From positions 124,001 to 188,000 of the forward strand of contig JAQGDQ010000208.1 of NCBI GenBank assembly GCA_030141605.1: 64,000 nucleotides of DNA, read 5' to 3'. Within the stretch, counting starts at the first letter, position 1; each line of letters begins with the position of its first letter. Below, in pieces: positions 1 to 29,000 of this stretch. The stretch comes from Tubiluchus corallicola. Taxonomy: Eukaryota > Animalia > Priapulida. The translations under genes and the position numbers were made by a program. The notes beneath the pieces are model-generated. The model made no database searches. It was not told the origin of the DNA and saw only the letters and a program-made list of their open reading frames with translations.

Positions 1-2480
1 CATCTTTTGCGTCACAGCTAAGTATTTTCAGAACTTTTACAGCTATCTTTTTACATGTGACTTCCAGAGGTGGTATACTAGTTATTAATTCAAGGTTATC
101 TCTAGATGGATGGAACCCAGATCCGGTACAAATTTTTAATACGTTATACATCAGGTCATCAGAAGTTGCCTACATATTCGTTAACCATGCATATGAGCCA
201 TAAAGTATTATTGGCTGTACCGGAGCATTAAAAAGTTATGTGATTACTGGTAACCTTAAACCGCTATTTTTATGACAGTTTTTTATGCTGTGCCAACATA
301 GCCATGCTTTTTGTCTGACGTAGTTGATGTGCTGCGGGAGGATAAATCTTTGTCAATGGTGACACCCAGCACCTTGCTCTTACAGGTATACGCTACTTCA
401 CTGTTACCAATTTTACGATTAGTGGCTTGATGGCCATTCCACATTCCAACAAGCCTCTGTCTTATCAGGTTGAGCATTAATTTTTAATCTCCATTTGCAG
501 CTCATCACAACAAACCTGAGCAGTTTGCTGGCATGCAGTTCGGTTGCTGTTGGATACGTAAAGCGTTCCATCATCAGCATACTTGAATTTTTCAACTAAT
601 ACTGGTGTGTTATTGAATATATCGGCTATGAAAACAAGAAATAAAACAGGCGAGAGTGCCGAGCACACCCATGTTGGTTTGGAACTCCTCTGAGGCATTG
701 TCATTTACCTTGAACACGATGCGCTTTGTCATAAGAAAGTTTGATATTAGCTTTAGGAGTGCTTGCATATTTGCGTTATACATCTTATACAAAAGACAGC
801 CCGTTTTGCCACACGCTATCAAAAGCCTTTTCAAAATCCACGAAAATATCAATGCCAGACATCTTACGAGCTACTCCTTTTTTTAGTCCAGAAATAAGTC
901 TCATAAGACAGCATGTAGTATTACGGCCTGGAGTGAAGCCTTCTTGTTCTCTATCCTTGACGTCATAATATTCTAAATGTTTCCGAAGTCTCATGTCAAT
1001 CAACCTCTCCACCAGCTTACCAATGTAGGACGTGATCGAAATGGGCCTGTAATTGCTGGCATTTGTATAATCTGCTCTTCCGCATTTTAGCATTATCACG
1101 ACCTTTGCTATGTACCTAGACCATATTTAGGAAGTAGAGATTTGCAATTTTAAGTAGCACAAGTTTAGTCCAATATCCCACGTACATTATCATCTTTGGA
1201 TGATATCCATCATCGTCAATAGATTTTCCTTCCGTTTTGACTTTGTCTATTGCTGAATTTAATTCATCCCAGGTGAATTTTGAGTTAAGGCTTGTAGGCA
1301 TGTCTTCTTCCCAGTTGTTTGTTAACAATAACTCGTCGACTTCTGCTCGGCATGACTCTTGAAAGTGTTCCGTTAATAAGTGCCGCCCGTTGAAAAAGAT
1401 TTGGTAAAAAATATTACACATCACCTCGTCTTCTATTACAATTTCTCCATTATCATTCAAGCATCCTATAGATTGTTTTTCTTTTTTAACAAACAAGTGT
1501 TTGTACGACTGCCAGAATCTTGCCCCTTGTGCAGCATTGAGGCTTTCTGTATTTTTATGCAGCCAAGCATTATATGTTCTACTCAATGCTTCATCATAAG
1601 CTTGTTTGCTTGATAAATACAAGTTTTTGTTTTGCATGTTCGAGTATCTTAAAAAGACCTTTCTAGTCTCTCTGACAGAATGTGACAGTGTGGTTAGTTC
1701 ATTCGTCCAAAATGGCTTACTACGTCCACAGATAGTTTTAAGTTCAAGAATGGCATTGTTTGTTTGTGTAATGCAGTTTTTGAACCATTGCCATAATCCC
1801 TTTATTTGCTACCAACTCATTTAACTGCGCAAAGCTCTTCTTTATTGTTAAATCAAGTTCGAATGACCAAGCTTTCCAGTCACTCTTTTTGAAGTCAAAA
1901 ACATGCTTAATTGGGTTCTCTTTAATTTCTACAACAAATTGAGTCATTACTGAAAGTGTCCCATCAGAGGTATCCCACTGAATAATTCAACTTCTGTGTC
2001 AGTTCACAGATCTTTTACCAAAGTCACTAGTTGATGTGACACCAAAGCAATATCTATTTTACTACTACCAGAGACCGACTGGAAAGTATCATCGTTCGGC
2101 TGTATGAAGTTGATCACATTGTTATTATTTATGAAATTGTTTATTATGCGTCCATGAGAGTTCAAAACGCTGTCCCATAAATAACTGCGGAAATTAAACT
2201 GTCCAAAAATGGCCATACCATTGAAACAATTCGCTTCTACATAGTTGAGCGCTTTTTGGGCACTTACGAGCCATTTATTCATCGCATTGTCATTTTTGTG
2301 AGAAACCGGTGAAACTAGCAGTTTTTTCCATTTACTTCAATTAAGACCCCCACTGTATCAAATACATTGTCATTCAGTTTTGCGATTCTGCAACTATTTA
2401 TTGTATCTCAAATGTAAAGTGCAACTCCCCCGTCCTGCATTGGCAGTTGCATGGTAAAGACTGTAATTGGTAACTTATAC
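1..2480 (-). mobile_element. Decayed non-LTR retrotransposon (LINE, probably I/Jockey group) ORF2: AP endonuclease + reverse transcriptase, frameshifted; probably in an upstream intron of receptor A
   Basis: Minus-strand ORF pieces are in the expected order: endonuclease end (SGSSKIDIALVS, 2004-2282), RT motifs NYRPISITSYIGKLVERLI, QEGFTPGRNT and IFVDFEKAFDSVW (785-1099), SALSPVLFLVFIAD..KYADD (477-704), KVLGVTIDKDL (283-477). Many stops and frameshifts. Confidence 0.9.
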
Positions 2481-2489
2481 GTTTCTAAT

Positions 2490-2668
<179 letters not shown>

Positions 2669-2715
2669 GGCAATTGTTTACTATTACTTCATTAGCCTGA
2701 TTTTTATAATTTCAG

Positions 2716-18601
<15,886 letters not shown>

Positions 18602-18905
18602 AATCTGTATGTTGGTCACACATGTAAATCGCAATCCATTAATAGTAGTGCGAAAACAAACCTCAGATCATACTAAACCAAAATATTAAAAATAAAAATA
18701 AATAAGAATAAATAAAGTACAATGAGCCTGTGATACTAGCATTTCTTTTGCAGAATTGCTGAATTTTACTTTGTTTGATAGTTGACTGTGTACTGTATAA
18801 CGTAAATTTTATTTGAACACAAGTTTATTAATTGTGTAGCTTCAGACACATGTATTGCCGCCACGTTTGCTTCGAAAGCCTCAATAAGTTTTGCAGCTTT
18901 CAATT

Positions 18906-18908
<3 letters not shown>

Positions 18909-18977
<69 letters not shown>
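18909..18977. repeat. (TA)n microsatellite between the two receptor genes
   Basis: Directly visible. Confidence 0.97.
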
Positions 18978-18979
<2 letters not shown>

Positions 18980-20059
18980 CGCGGAAATTTTTAATTATTA
19001 TGAGTGAACATTTCTGTAAGTCTGTTTTAATTAAGTACGAATGCTTTTTTATTGAAAAAAATAATAACTACAAAAATTATTGTTAATTCCCGCAGTAGAC
19101 TTACGCAAATAAAATCCGCACGTGTATAAAAAAATCCCAACATGATCGTTTGGTTTTTTTCTGTTTAGACACATCTTATACAATTTATCCACATCGGCCA
19201 AATATCAAAGGAAAGCAATGTCCATTTTTAGACCATAGCTCGAAGTAATTTACGATTTAAAATCCTGAGAACATTGTTTTTTCCAAGAACTTATATTAAA
19301 AATCACTGTTTCACGCCTTCAGCCATTAACAACACCTGATTTTCAGAAACGTGGAGCGCAGAAAGACGCTGTAGAACATTTCCGATGCTGTTATGACGCC
19401 AAAACAGCGAAATCGTGCAGTATAGAGCAATAAAGTCAAAATTGGAATTTGTAACTTAAACATTGCTGAGTGTTTTGTGGTTCTTAATTTCATTTTAAGA
19501 AGCAATAGGTAAACTGTTACTGGTAACTGTAACTCATCAAATGCAAACAAAAAAGCATGTTATTTAATCTTAGACCTTACGACAAAATAAGGTAATGTTT
19601 GAAATATCGTATTACCATTTTCCTTTAATGTTCATGCAGTAACCTCGTACTCATCAAATGCAAACTAAAAAGCATGTTATTTAATAAATAAAATAGTTGT
19701 GTAACTATAACATAGCATGCACATTCGGCGTATATGTAGCCTGACATTCAATAAAGCCGACCACAAAGATGATATTTCGTCAACATGCAACTCAGACCAG
19801 ACAAAATATTCAAGTCATGAATTATTAGAATGGCTTTCTTTGGAAAAGACTGAAACCTTTACGGTACCTGCCTACCTGTCATGGTTACGCGTTACGTCAC
19901 CAATTACTAAATTTCCTGTGAGGACACTTCCTTGCAGGAAGCCAAGTGGTTATGATGTCTCTCTTACGTCTCTTTACAGCTTACCTTTAAATCTGTCAAC
20001 AAAAATTTTTGGTTGTCGGATATTCTCACTCTTCAACGTGGAATTAGTTTTAAAGCATT

Positions 20060-23000
20060 ATGTTCAGGCTGTATGAGGTAGGTATGAAAAATGCCGATGA
20101 ACATAATTTTATATTACACCTTATGAAAATATGCTCATGCATGCCTTTCTCTTAGTATGCACAAATTCGTAATGGTGTTTTAATACTGAATTTAAATGTA
20201 CTCTAGATACTATTGGTCCCTGGTGACACTAACGTGTAAACAATGCTAGCAGTAGAATATTAACTGTAGTGAATCTTGTGACAAGACGAATGAAGCGTAA
20301 TGTCTCTTTAACAGCCGTTGTTTGATTTTCTCTTATTACTACATATTAGAAAACTTTCTAATTCGTTAGTGTGTCACTTACCACAGTCTAATTTCTCGTA
20401 CATATTTCTATTTCTAGATAATCACCAATTTCATCATTGTAATTTCGCTCTCCTTGGAAACTAATTCGCAAACTGGTAATTGACAATTGTTTGTCTTATG
20501 TTGACGTATTTGTGTTACAACAGCAAGTCACTTGTGTTACTTTAACTATTCTAAACGACTTAGCAAGTAAGCAAAAAAGTAAATAAAAGAAAAATGAAAT
20601 TTTACTGAATACGTTACGCGCACTCGGACTAGATAGTCTTCTCTGGGTAGTTCTCGCTGGGAGTTTTCTCGGAGAGTAAACGAGTTCTCTCGGTAAGTTA
20701 TTGCATACTCTCCGAGAGTTGCTCAGAGTTCTCTCGCGAGTGTCCTGCAGACAAGCTATATTCTTTGCGAGAACTCTCGAGAGAAAACTCTCTAGTCTGA
20801 ACGCCCAGTCACTCAATATTAATAATAATTATTCAACACAATAATTATTATTCATAAATAATGACAGTTATTATTAAAATAAGCCTATTAAAAAAATTCA
20901 ACAGTAAATGTAAACAATGTACACACTAGATAGATAACTAAACAGACAACAAGTAGACAACTAAACAGACAGATGGTATGCACGAATGAACAGGCAGACA
21001 GTTAGATAGAACGGCAAACGGGCAGCAGAAAAATGAACAGACGGACGGATGGACAGACAAACAGACAGAATGACTGGAATTGTTTTTATAGCGTAGATTC
21101 AAGCCATTGATTAACTATAATCGAAAATTTTAACATATCCTAAGAATGTAGTTTTACACTGATACATTTCCACTAAAATTATTTTCAGGCTTAGTAAACG
21201 GAAACTGGGGCCCCTGGTCGAAATACGCCTTGACGGATTGCAATGTTACCTGTGGAGGTGGAGTATGGCTTGCGAGGAGAGAATGCGTGGATCCAGTTCC
21301 ACAAAATGGTGGATTAGACTGTGGCGTCAACGACAGTACTGTGGCCATCAAGTACATTGAATGCAACACACAGCCATGTCCAAGTATAAAATGCTTTAAA
21401 GGAATGCAGAATGATTTTTCATATACACTGTACTACCCCATTTTTAAGTCCGATAAAAATGTACATTTTAACACAATTAATACTGCAAAAGCGTTTCTGA
21501 TAATTAAGTAATAGATTAAAAATTTAATTAACGGCAGGCGAGCCCAACTATTGATGGCATCACAAACTAACATAATTTTCAATAGCAAAAATATTCCACG
21601 AGCGTGTTGCACGTGTTTGCGATAGCGAAAATTGAAGTACAGCACTACTGTAAGATATTCAGTGTGTCGTACTGAAACTAGACAAGTTTTAAGATGAAAG
21701 TCAAAATTTCAAATTTACCGCTGTGCTCACGCACGAGTTGTCGAACGTGTGCAGTTCGTCACAAACTAACACATCACATGTGTTAGTTTGTACAACACCT
21801 GCGTTTCCGAAATGCAGGCGCTAGTGCCCGTCTAACTAGCGAATGGCGAAGTGCACATAATAGATAAAAACTAGTGGCGCGAACGGGAAATTGTGTTTGT
21901 GTGGTAATAATTCTTTCACGTAAGTCATTTTTGAAAAATAGCATGTTTCCTTTCAATATTTTAAAGAGTAGATTGTTTTGACCTACAGTTTAAGATTGGG
22001 TCCGGTTTTGCTTTAATAACATTTTCGCTAATAATTTACTCCATAGTTTAGTAAGCAAACCACTGTAATTACAGTTTTTGACAACAAATTAAGCTGCCTA
22101 CTGATGCAGTGCTTATTGCTGCCGTTGTAGAGACATTCCCACACGGCGACAGCCATCTACATTAAGTAGGACCTGCTGCTGAGAACTCGATTTTCTGCTT
22201 GCAAAGTACCAGCTTAGGTGGTTGTAGCGGAACCGGAATCTACCTTATTATCTTGGATAATCTTCTAAACACTGATTGGGTGGAGATGTCTTACAAATGT
22301 CTTCAAAAGAAGAAATAGCCATAGGCAGTACGACAGAAGCTGTTTTACCAATGATCACCTATCTGTTTGCTAACCAACTCTGTACTGCTTGCTACAAACA
22401 AGCACAAATAATCGTCAACAGTTAGGTCTCAAAACGGGGAAAAACCTTTTTTGTGGCTACAATAACGCAGTAATAACGTATTTTACTTAACAAATTTCAG
22501 TATAGTAACCGTTTCGCTGTAAAGAGAGTGTACCATTAGAATTCGTTTTCTTTTTACAACATCTATGTAGGTAGGTTGCAGTGTTTTGTCGATCTATAAA
22601 GGTCTGTAGACTGTTAAAATGTAAAAAAACGTTCAAACCCCGCTGAAACAACAAAAGGCGTTTGAAGTCAGGTCTCTTAAAATAAGAAGATGAGGAAGCG
22701 ATACATTTATTAAGCTATGATCATCATGGTTGTTTCATTCAATGAATCACTTTTATTGTAAATGTTTCACTTTCCGACTTTCTAAAAAATAACTAGTGCA
22801 AGCAAAATGTATTGATGCGATGCTTCAATAAAGCTTTGTGAACCGTTTTCTAAGTTACTGATATGCAGGCCTATATTGTGTTGTTTCGACGGCTCATCTT
22901 ATTCGACCCTTGTCTGCAGTCGCATCGGTCCGTCTGTCTGTGCACGCTATTTCTCGGAGACCGCCGATCCCAGTCCAACTTTGAGCAGTATAAAACTGGT

Positions 23001-26000
23001 TGCTGTGATGGCGATGGTGGCCTAGCACGGTCAAAAACCTTTTGAAATACGTATTTAAATTACATGTAGTTTAAAGGAACCAACGTCTAGAGAAATTATG
23101 TTGACAGTCAGTCAGATTATCTAGCATATTAATTCTGACAGCTCCTGTTTTATGAATTCATCTAACATATTAATTCTGTTTTACTGGTTTACCCAAATTC
23201 ACGGCTTAATGAGATTGGATGTTTATATAATTCCCACGGCTGCAACTCTAATTGGTTTACCGTTCTAAACTTCGTACATCAAACGAAGCGTCTCGATCTA
23301 ATATGTTATTAATTAATTACATATACTGAATGTGCTTCGCACTGTCACTTTTTTTAAAATATCATGTTGTCCATGATTGTGTCAGTGCATATTGGTTTTC
23401 CAGTTGACGGTGGCTGGGGTGAGTGGGGTAGTTTTGGACCATGTTCAACCAGCTGTGGACATGGCGTGTCGACTCGATATCGAAACTGCAGCAACCCGCC
23501 ACCGCAGTATGGCGGACTTCCTTGTCCATCTTCAGAACTAGACGTCCGTATCTGTCAAGAATGGGATTTTGGCCTTTGTCCAGGTAGGTAAATTTTACAG
23601 TGAACAATTTACAGTGAACAATTTCAGTGAAAGTTATTTTTAGTTTTATTTCTTTTACTCAAAGAAGAAATACTCGCTTTGCAAGCCAATTATTGAATCA
23701 AAAAATAACAAAATAGGCAAAAACGCATCTATTTGTCTTGGCTCACTAAACACAATAGTAGTAGTAATGTTTATTGTTCAAATTTACATGGAACAACCAT
23801 TTTAGATGTTACATATCATAGAATACAGCAAAAGTAAACGAACAGCAATCTAATTTTCCAACAATACAAATGAAAACACAATACACAAAAGGGAGTAACG
23901 GGTCAGACAGAAAATTTTGCTCTATAATCGACACTTAGCACATTTGTAGTTAGCCCCTTCTTTCTCTTTCTCCCGCTCTTTTCTGGGTTCAGTTACCTGA
24001 GAAAATATACAGGGGGTTTTGACACAAACATTTCCGACACAGGTTATTTTAATTTAATTTAATTTTATTCTTTATTTCAGATCGTAGATATAATCCTAAC
24101 TCATAAAAATACAATAATTCCTAAAAAAACTAATTATGATAACTTAAACTTACAACTTACAGAAATATTTAAGCAAAATAACTTTAAAATGTTTGATATC
24201 ATTTTCTACACAGACTTTAGAAGCTCGCGCACCATAACTATGTTTTAAGAATTTTACCATAGCTGTGTATTGTAAGCAGACATTAGCTTGTTAAAGTTGT
24301 AAAAGGAATATTTCATCCAAAGATTGGAACAATAAAACTGACGAACAATATGACTTAAATAGCATAAATTTTACATACTTTGGAAAACAAGGCTATTTAC
24401 TCTGACATGAAATAAGTGAAGTTGATTAAAAATATCATCGTCATCTTTTCTATTGTCTGACACATAATGACACATGGGTTATTTGAACACAAAGCGACTT
24501 GGATACATAGGTAATTTGGATACATAGGACATTTGGACACATAGGTCATTTGAACACAAGGTAATTTGAACACAGAGGACTTTGGACACAAGGACGTTTG
24601 GACACAGGTAATTTGGACACATAGGTTATATTGACACGTAAGCTGTTCAGACACTGGGGATTTTGGGCACATAAGAGATTTGAGCACTAGGTATTTTTTG
24701 ACACAAGATATTTAGACACGTAGAAAATTTGGATACATTAACCGTTTAGCCACTAAGGGTACCGTTTGAATTCAATCAGGAGATCGTACCATTTAGAAAC
24801 ATTTTGGTTATTTAGTTATACCTTGCTTTTGCAGATGGGTGAATTTAAGACGTTTTTGCAAAGTTCAAGAAGTTTCTAATACCCAAAGAACCGTAGATTA
24901 AACAAATGAATTATTATCTATACGCTACTTGTTAACTGCAATCTGCACGTCAATAAATACGTAAATATTACAGCATTTTGTAATATGCGGAAATCCGGAT
25001 GTCGTGACGGTGGCTGCGGCAAGTGCGATTGACATAGTGTTGCGACTGCGACGGATACACCGTAACTTTTCATGCTGAACTGAAAAGTCGAAATCTAATG
25101 CGCAGTTAAGTGTGATTAATAATGAAATATAAATTAAGCTGTTTTGGTGCTAATTACGACTAGATGATGGACATCGGCACCAGAAGACTTCATTTTCCTG
25201 GAAGATTATTTTTACAAGTTATTAAAACGGGCAATAAAAAGCTTCTAGTTCGTAGAGCACATTTTTTGTTGTGTGATAAAGCATTTTCCAAACTGAGTCG
25301 CAGTTACCGCAGATAATGAACAAATTTCGGCGTTCTCACCTCAGCCATGCGGACACCGGTATATAAGAAGTTTTCATGGTTAGGTTATACTGGTAAGATG
25401 AGTGTCCAATTCAGAGCGTGTTAATTTTTGGGTCAATCAGCGCAAATTTAGATTTTTTACAATTTTTAAATATCCACAATATCCAAATTTCCAACAACTC
25501 ATGCTGCAATCTGGCGACGCAGCTAAACATATTATGACCCATTACTCATTAGCAACAGATCAGGTAATAACACGCAATAACAACGTGTCATAATCTAAAT
25601 CCCCGTGATATGACGGTGACTGCGTTTTATTCTTAGGTGTTCAGTATAAATTATTAATAAGTGAGAATTGTTAGGCATGTCTATGCAGAAATTACCTGTG
25701 TTCAAAATTGCCTTGTGTCGAAAATAACTATGTATGCAATTCGGCTAATGGAAAAATGATCTATATAGGTGTGTAAATCGCTTTGAGTCCAAATGACCTA
25801 TGTGTCTAAATCATTTTGTGTCCAAATGACCTATGTGTACAAATGTCTTGCGGCAAAATGACAGCAAACCGAGAAAAAGACCGTGTTCTACTCTATTACA
25901 ACATTCTCCCTGGTAAATGACCATGTTCTACTTACTTCTCAGCTATCAATCGCTTCACTTTCTTTTTTTAAAAAAAAATTGCCCCCTGCTGAATCTAGTT

Positions 26001-29000
26001 GCTTATATGGTACACATACAAAAGTAAATGGTAGCTCATTAAACGCGTACATTCATTGCACTAGTGTACTGAGGTATTGCTCAGAAGAGAACATTTAGTT
26101 TATATAACGAACCATTGTGTAGTAAGTATAATCTTTTGCTCAATTTTTGGAAATGGAAGCATTTGGAATAGTCTGGGGTAAAAGCTAGAATCGGAGTGCT
26201 AAAATACCAAGATACTGAAGAATTGGCTTGTTATTATTGCTAGGGCCGGACTTCAGTTTTTGTCACTTCATCACGCGGATTTTCAAATTTTACTGCTGGT
26301 ATTTCACTGTTTGATAGCTCCTTCTTACGACAAAAATAAGCTGCGGCTGCGGCTGCTGCTAGCAAAACAACGACAGACAATAGAATACCGATGATCAGCT
26401 CGATTCTTCCGTACGGGTGCTGTTTTACAGTGGGAAGTTTATTAGACCCTGCAGGTGTTTTTAGAAACATTGGTTGAGATGGAAGACTAGTACCAATATC
26501 ATTAGCAGCTTCAATCATAAATTCATAATTGGTGTCAGGTGTTAAATATGCAATTTCTGTATTTAATACCATTCCTTTGGCATGAATACGTATAAAACTA
26601 TTGTTTCCTACTACGCGGTATATGATTATATAAAACTTGACAGTATCAGAATTTTTTTGTGGTACGCTCCAGTGCAGCTTGACAGAGTTGCTCGTGATCA
26701 GCTCACCATAAACGTTTTGTGGTGGTCCTGGCAAACTCCAACTTCCTTCCCTCATACAGGTCACAATAGTAGAGATCCAAAGTGAACAGAATATTGCATC
26801 AGGAGGAAGAACGCCACGACATAATGGCAAGCAAGCTTCTGGCATGTTCTTTGCTGCACAACACTGTTCATGATTGTGCCCATCGGCACCACACAACAGC
26901 ATCTTTTCCAAGTTTGTTTCATTGTCTTTTTTCAAGCATTCATTTACTACACTTGGCGTCAGGCTATTAGGATTAATCCAACCAGAATCACAGACACGCA
27001 TACATGATTCACTTACACCTTTTGTAGCACAGCAAGAGCTGATATTTGTCACTGTTTCACCTAGCATCTTGTCTGCATGATACACGTAAATAAGTCCAGC
27101 AGCTGTTGTTGCATTTTCCTTGACTGCAAGGCTGCATCGATATAGTCCGAATTCAGTGTCACGCAATGTATCGATCTCTAAAGTATATTTCAACTGAAAT
27201 AACTCATCTGTATTTTCAATAAAAAATTTCTTTCTTTTATCTTCCAAAATGGTTTCCCATTTAGAGATCAGGTGGTTACGGGAAGCACCTTTGGACTGGT
27301 GTTCCCACTTAACAGCGCCATTACCTGGTAGTGGATAGCTGTCTACAATACACTGTAGTTTTGTAAGTTCTCCGGGTTTCTTCAAGATCTGACTCTTAAC
27401 TGGTTTTACCTTAGGACCCGAAATGACCATTATTTTTGTGGTGGTAATGGCATTTGAAAAGCTATCACTGCTAGCAGTGCACGTGGCTTTCCCATGGTCT
27501 TGACGGCGAATAATTGTTGTCATATTTACTATATTGCCTCCAGTGAATAGTGTTCGATTTCCTATTGCCATTGTAACGTTTGGCTTTGGCAAATTAAGTC
27601 CTGTACAAACAAAGGTCACCAGCGCACCCTCTGGGATAAATACTGCGTCATTAGAATATTTTAGAGGCTGCGCCTGTAATGACTTGATAACCAAAGAAGC
27701 CGATAAAGTTGTTGCAGCAGTAGTTCTAGGAAAAATCAGGTCGCTGCGTTCGGCGGATTCTTTCCCATTTAGCACAGATGTCATAAAAATTCTATACATT
27801 GTGTTGGGTTTGAGGCCAATGATAGTGTAATTGGTAAAGTTACCTGGTACTTCAATAATACTGAGAATAGTGCCATTGCTGAAAGTTTCCTTCTTCCGTG
27901 TTGTTCCCTCTGATTCCTTCGGTTTATAATATAGGCGATATTTATCGGGAAAAATTTTGTTTGGTGGCACCCAAGCAATCTTTAAAGATGTAAAATTAGC
28001 AAAAACCATCTCAACAAACTTGGGTGGCATGAGAGTAGTATTATGATTTTGAAAATCAGCTACAAGTGTGCGTCCTATCACCTCATATGAAGGTAAACTG
28101 GATCCGTATTTGTTCACTGTTTGTATAATAAAACTATACTTATTCGATTCCTTGAGATTGCTGAATGTGTACTGTGTGACATTTGCCAGTACTGCTACTT
28201 GCTGTTTTACCTTCTTTGCAACATCCTCATAAGAAATGATGTAGCTGGCTATATCTCCAGGACTTGATATTGGTGGATGCCATTGGACTGTTAGTGACGT
28301 GGCATTCCTGTTAGATACCCACAAACTTCCTGGGTGCTTTGGTAGTGTATGGAGTCCTTCTTGAAGACATTGCAAAATCTGTTCACTATATTTGTTGCAT
28401 AGTTTTCTGCTTATACGTCGGACCATTTTACCTTGGCAGATTTTGGCACAGCGTTTGGGTATGTTTCGTCTTTCACAACATGGAACATGGTTTCGTTCAT
28501 CAGCCCAACATTCAAATAAGTCGTCTATCTTTCGCAAACATTTCTTGCTTGCTTTTCGAAAATCCATGGCTGTAACCGAATGATTGCACAGGTAAAAGCA
28601 ATCATCGGTGATCTCCTTCCGAATGCAGCAAGCAGTAGTATTGTGTGATTTATGTGCCATGTAGTCATTTGTTACATTAATTTCAAGAAGGTCAGCCAGT
28701 GACGAAGCTGCCAACGTATCAAATCCAGAGGATTCCACTGATTTTGTCTTGAATACGAGGCCTTTTGAAGGCAAACTTTTGCCTCTATTATTACGAGCGA
28801 TAAGATAGATATTATACTTTGATGACGCAACTAATCCTTTTAACAAATAAGGAGATGATACATATTCTCGCACGGTTGGTTTACCACCAAGCCGTTCCGG
28901 AAGTTGCTCTATGTACAAATTGTAAGAAGTAACGGTATCGCCCAATTGCTTCGGCTTCTCCCAGACTAACACAACGGAAAAGGATGTTTGATTGTGTACA

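Noticed and set aside
1-2480. Active or domesticated reverse transcriptase
   Set aside because: Multiple frameshifts and stops run through the endonuclease and RT motifs; it is an ordinary dead LINE.
24455-24740. Regular short repeats resembling a CRISPR array
   Set aside because: These are contiguous degenerate 17-18 bp units with no unique spacers and no cas genes, in a eukaryotic intron.
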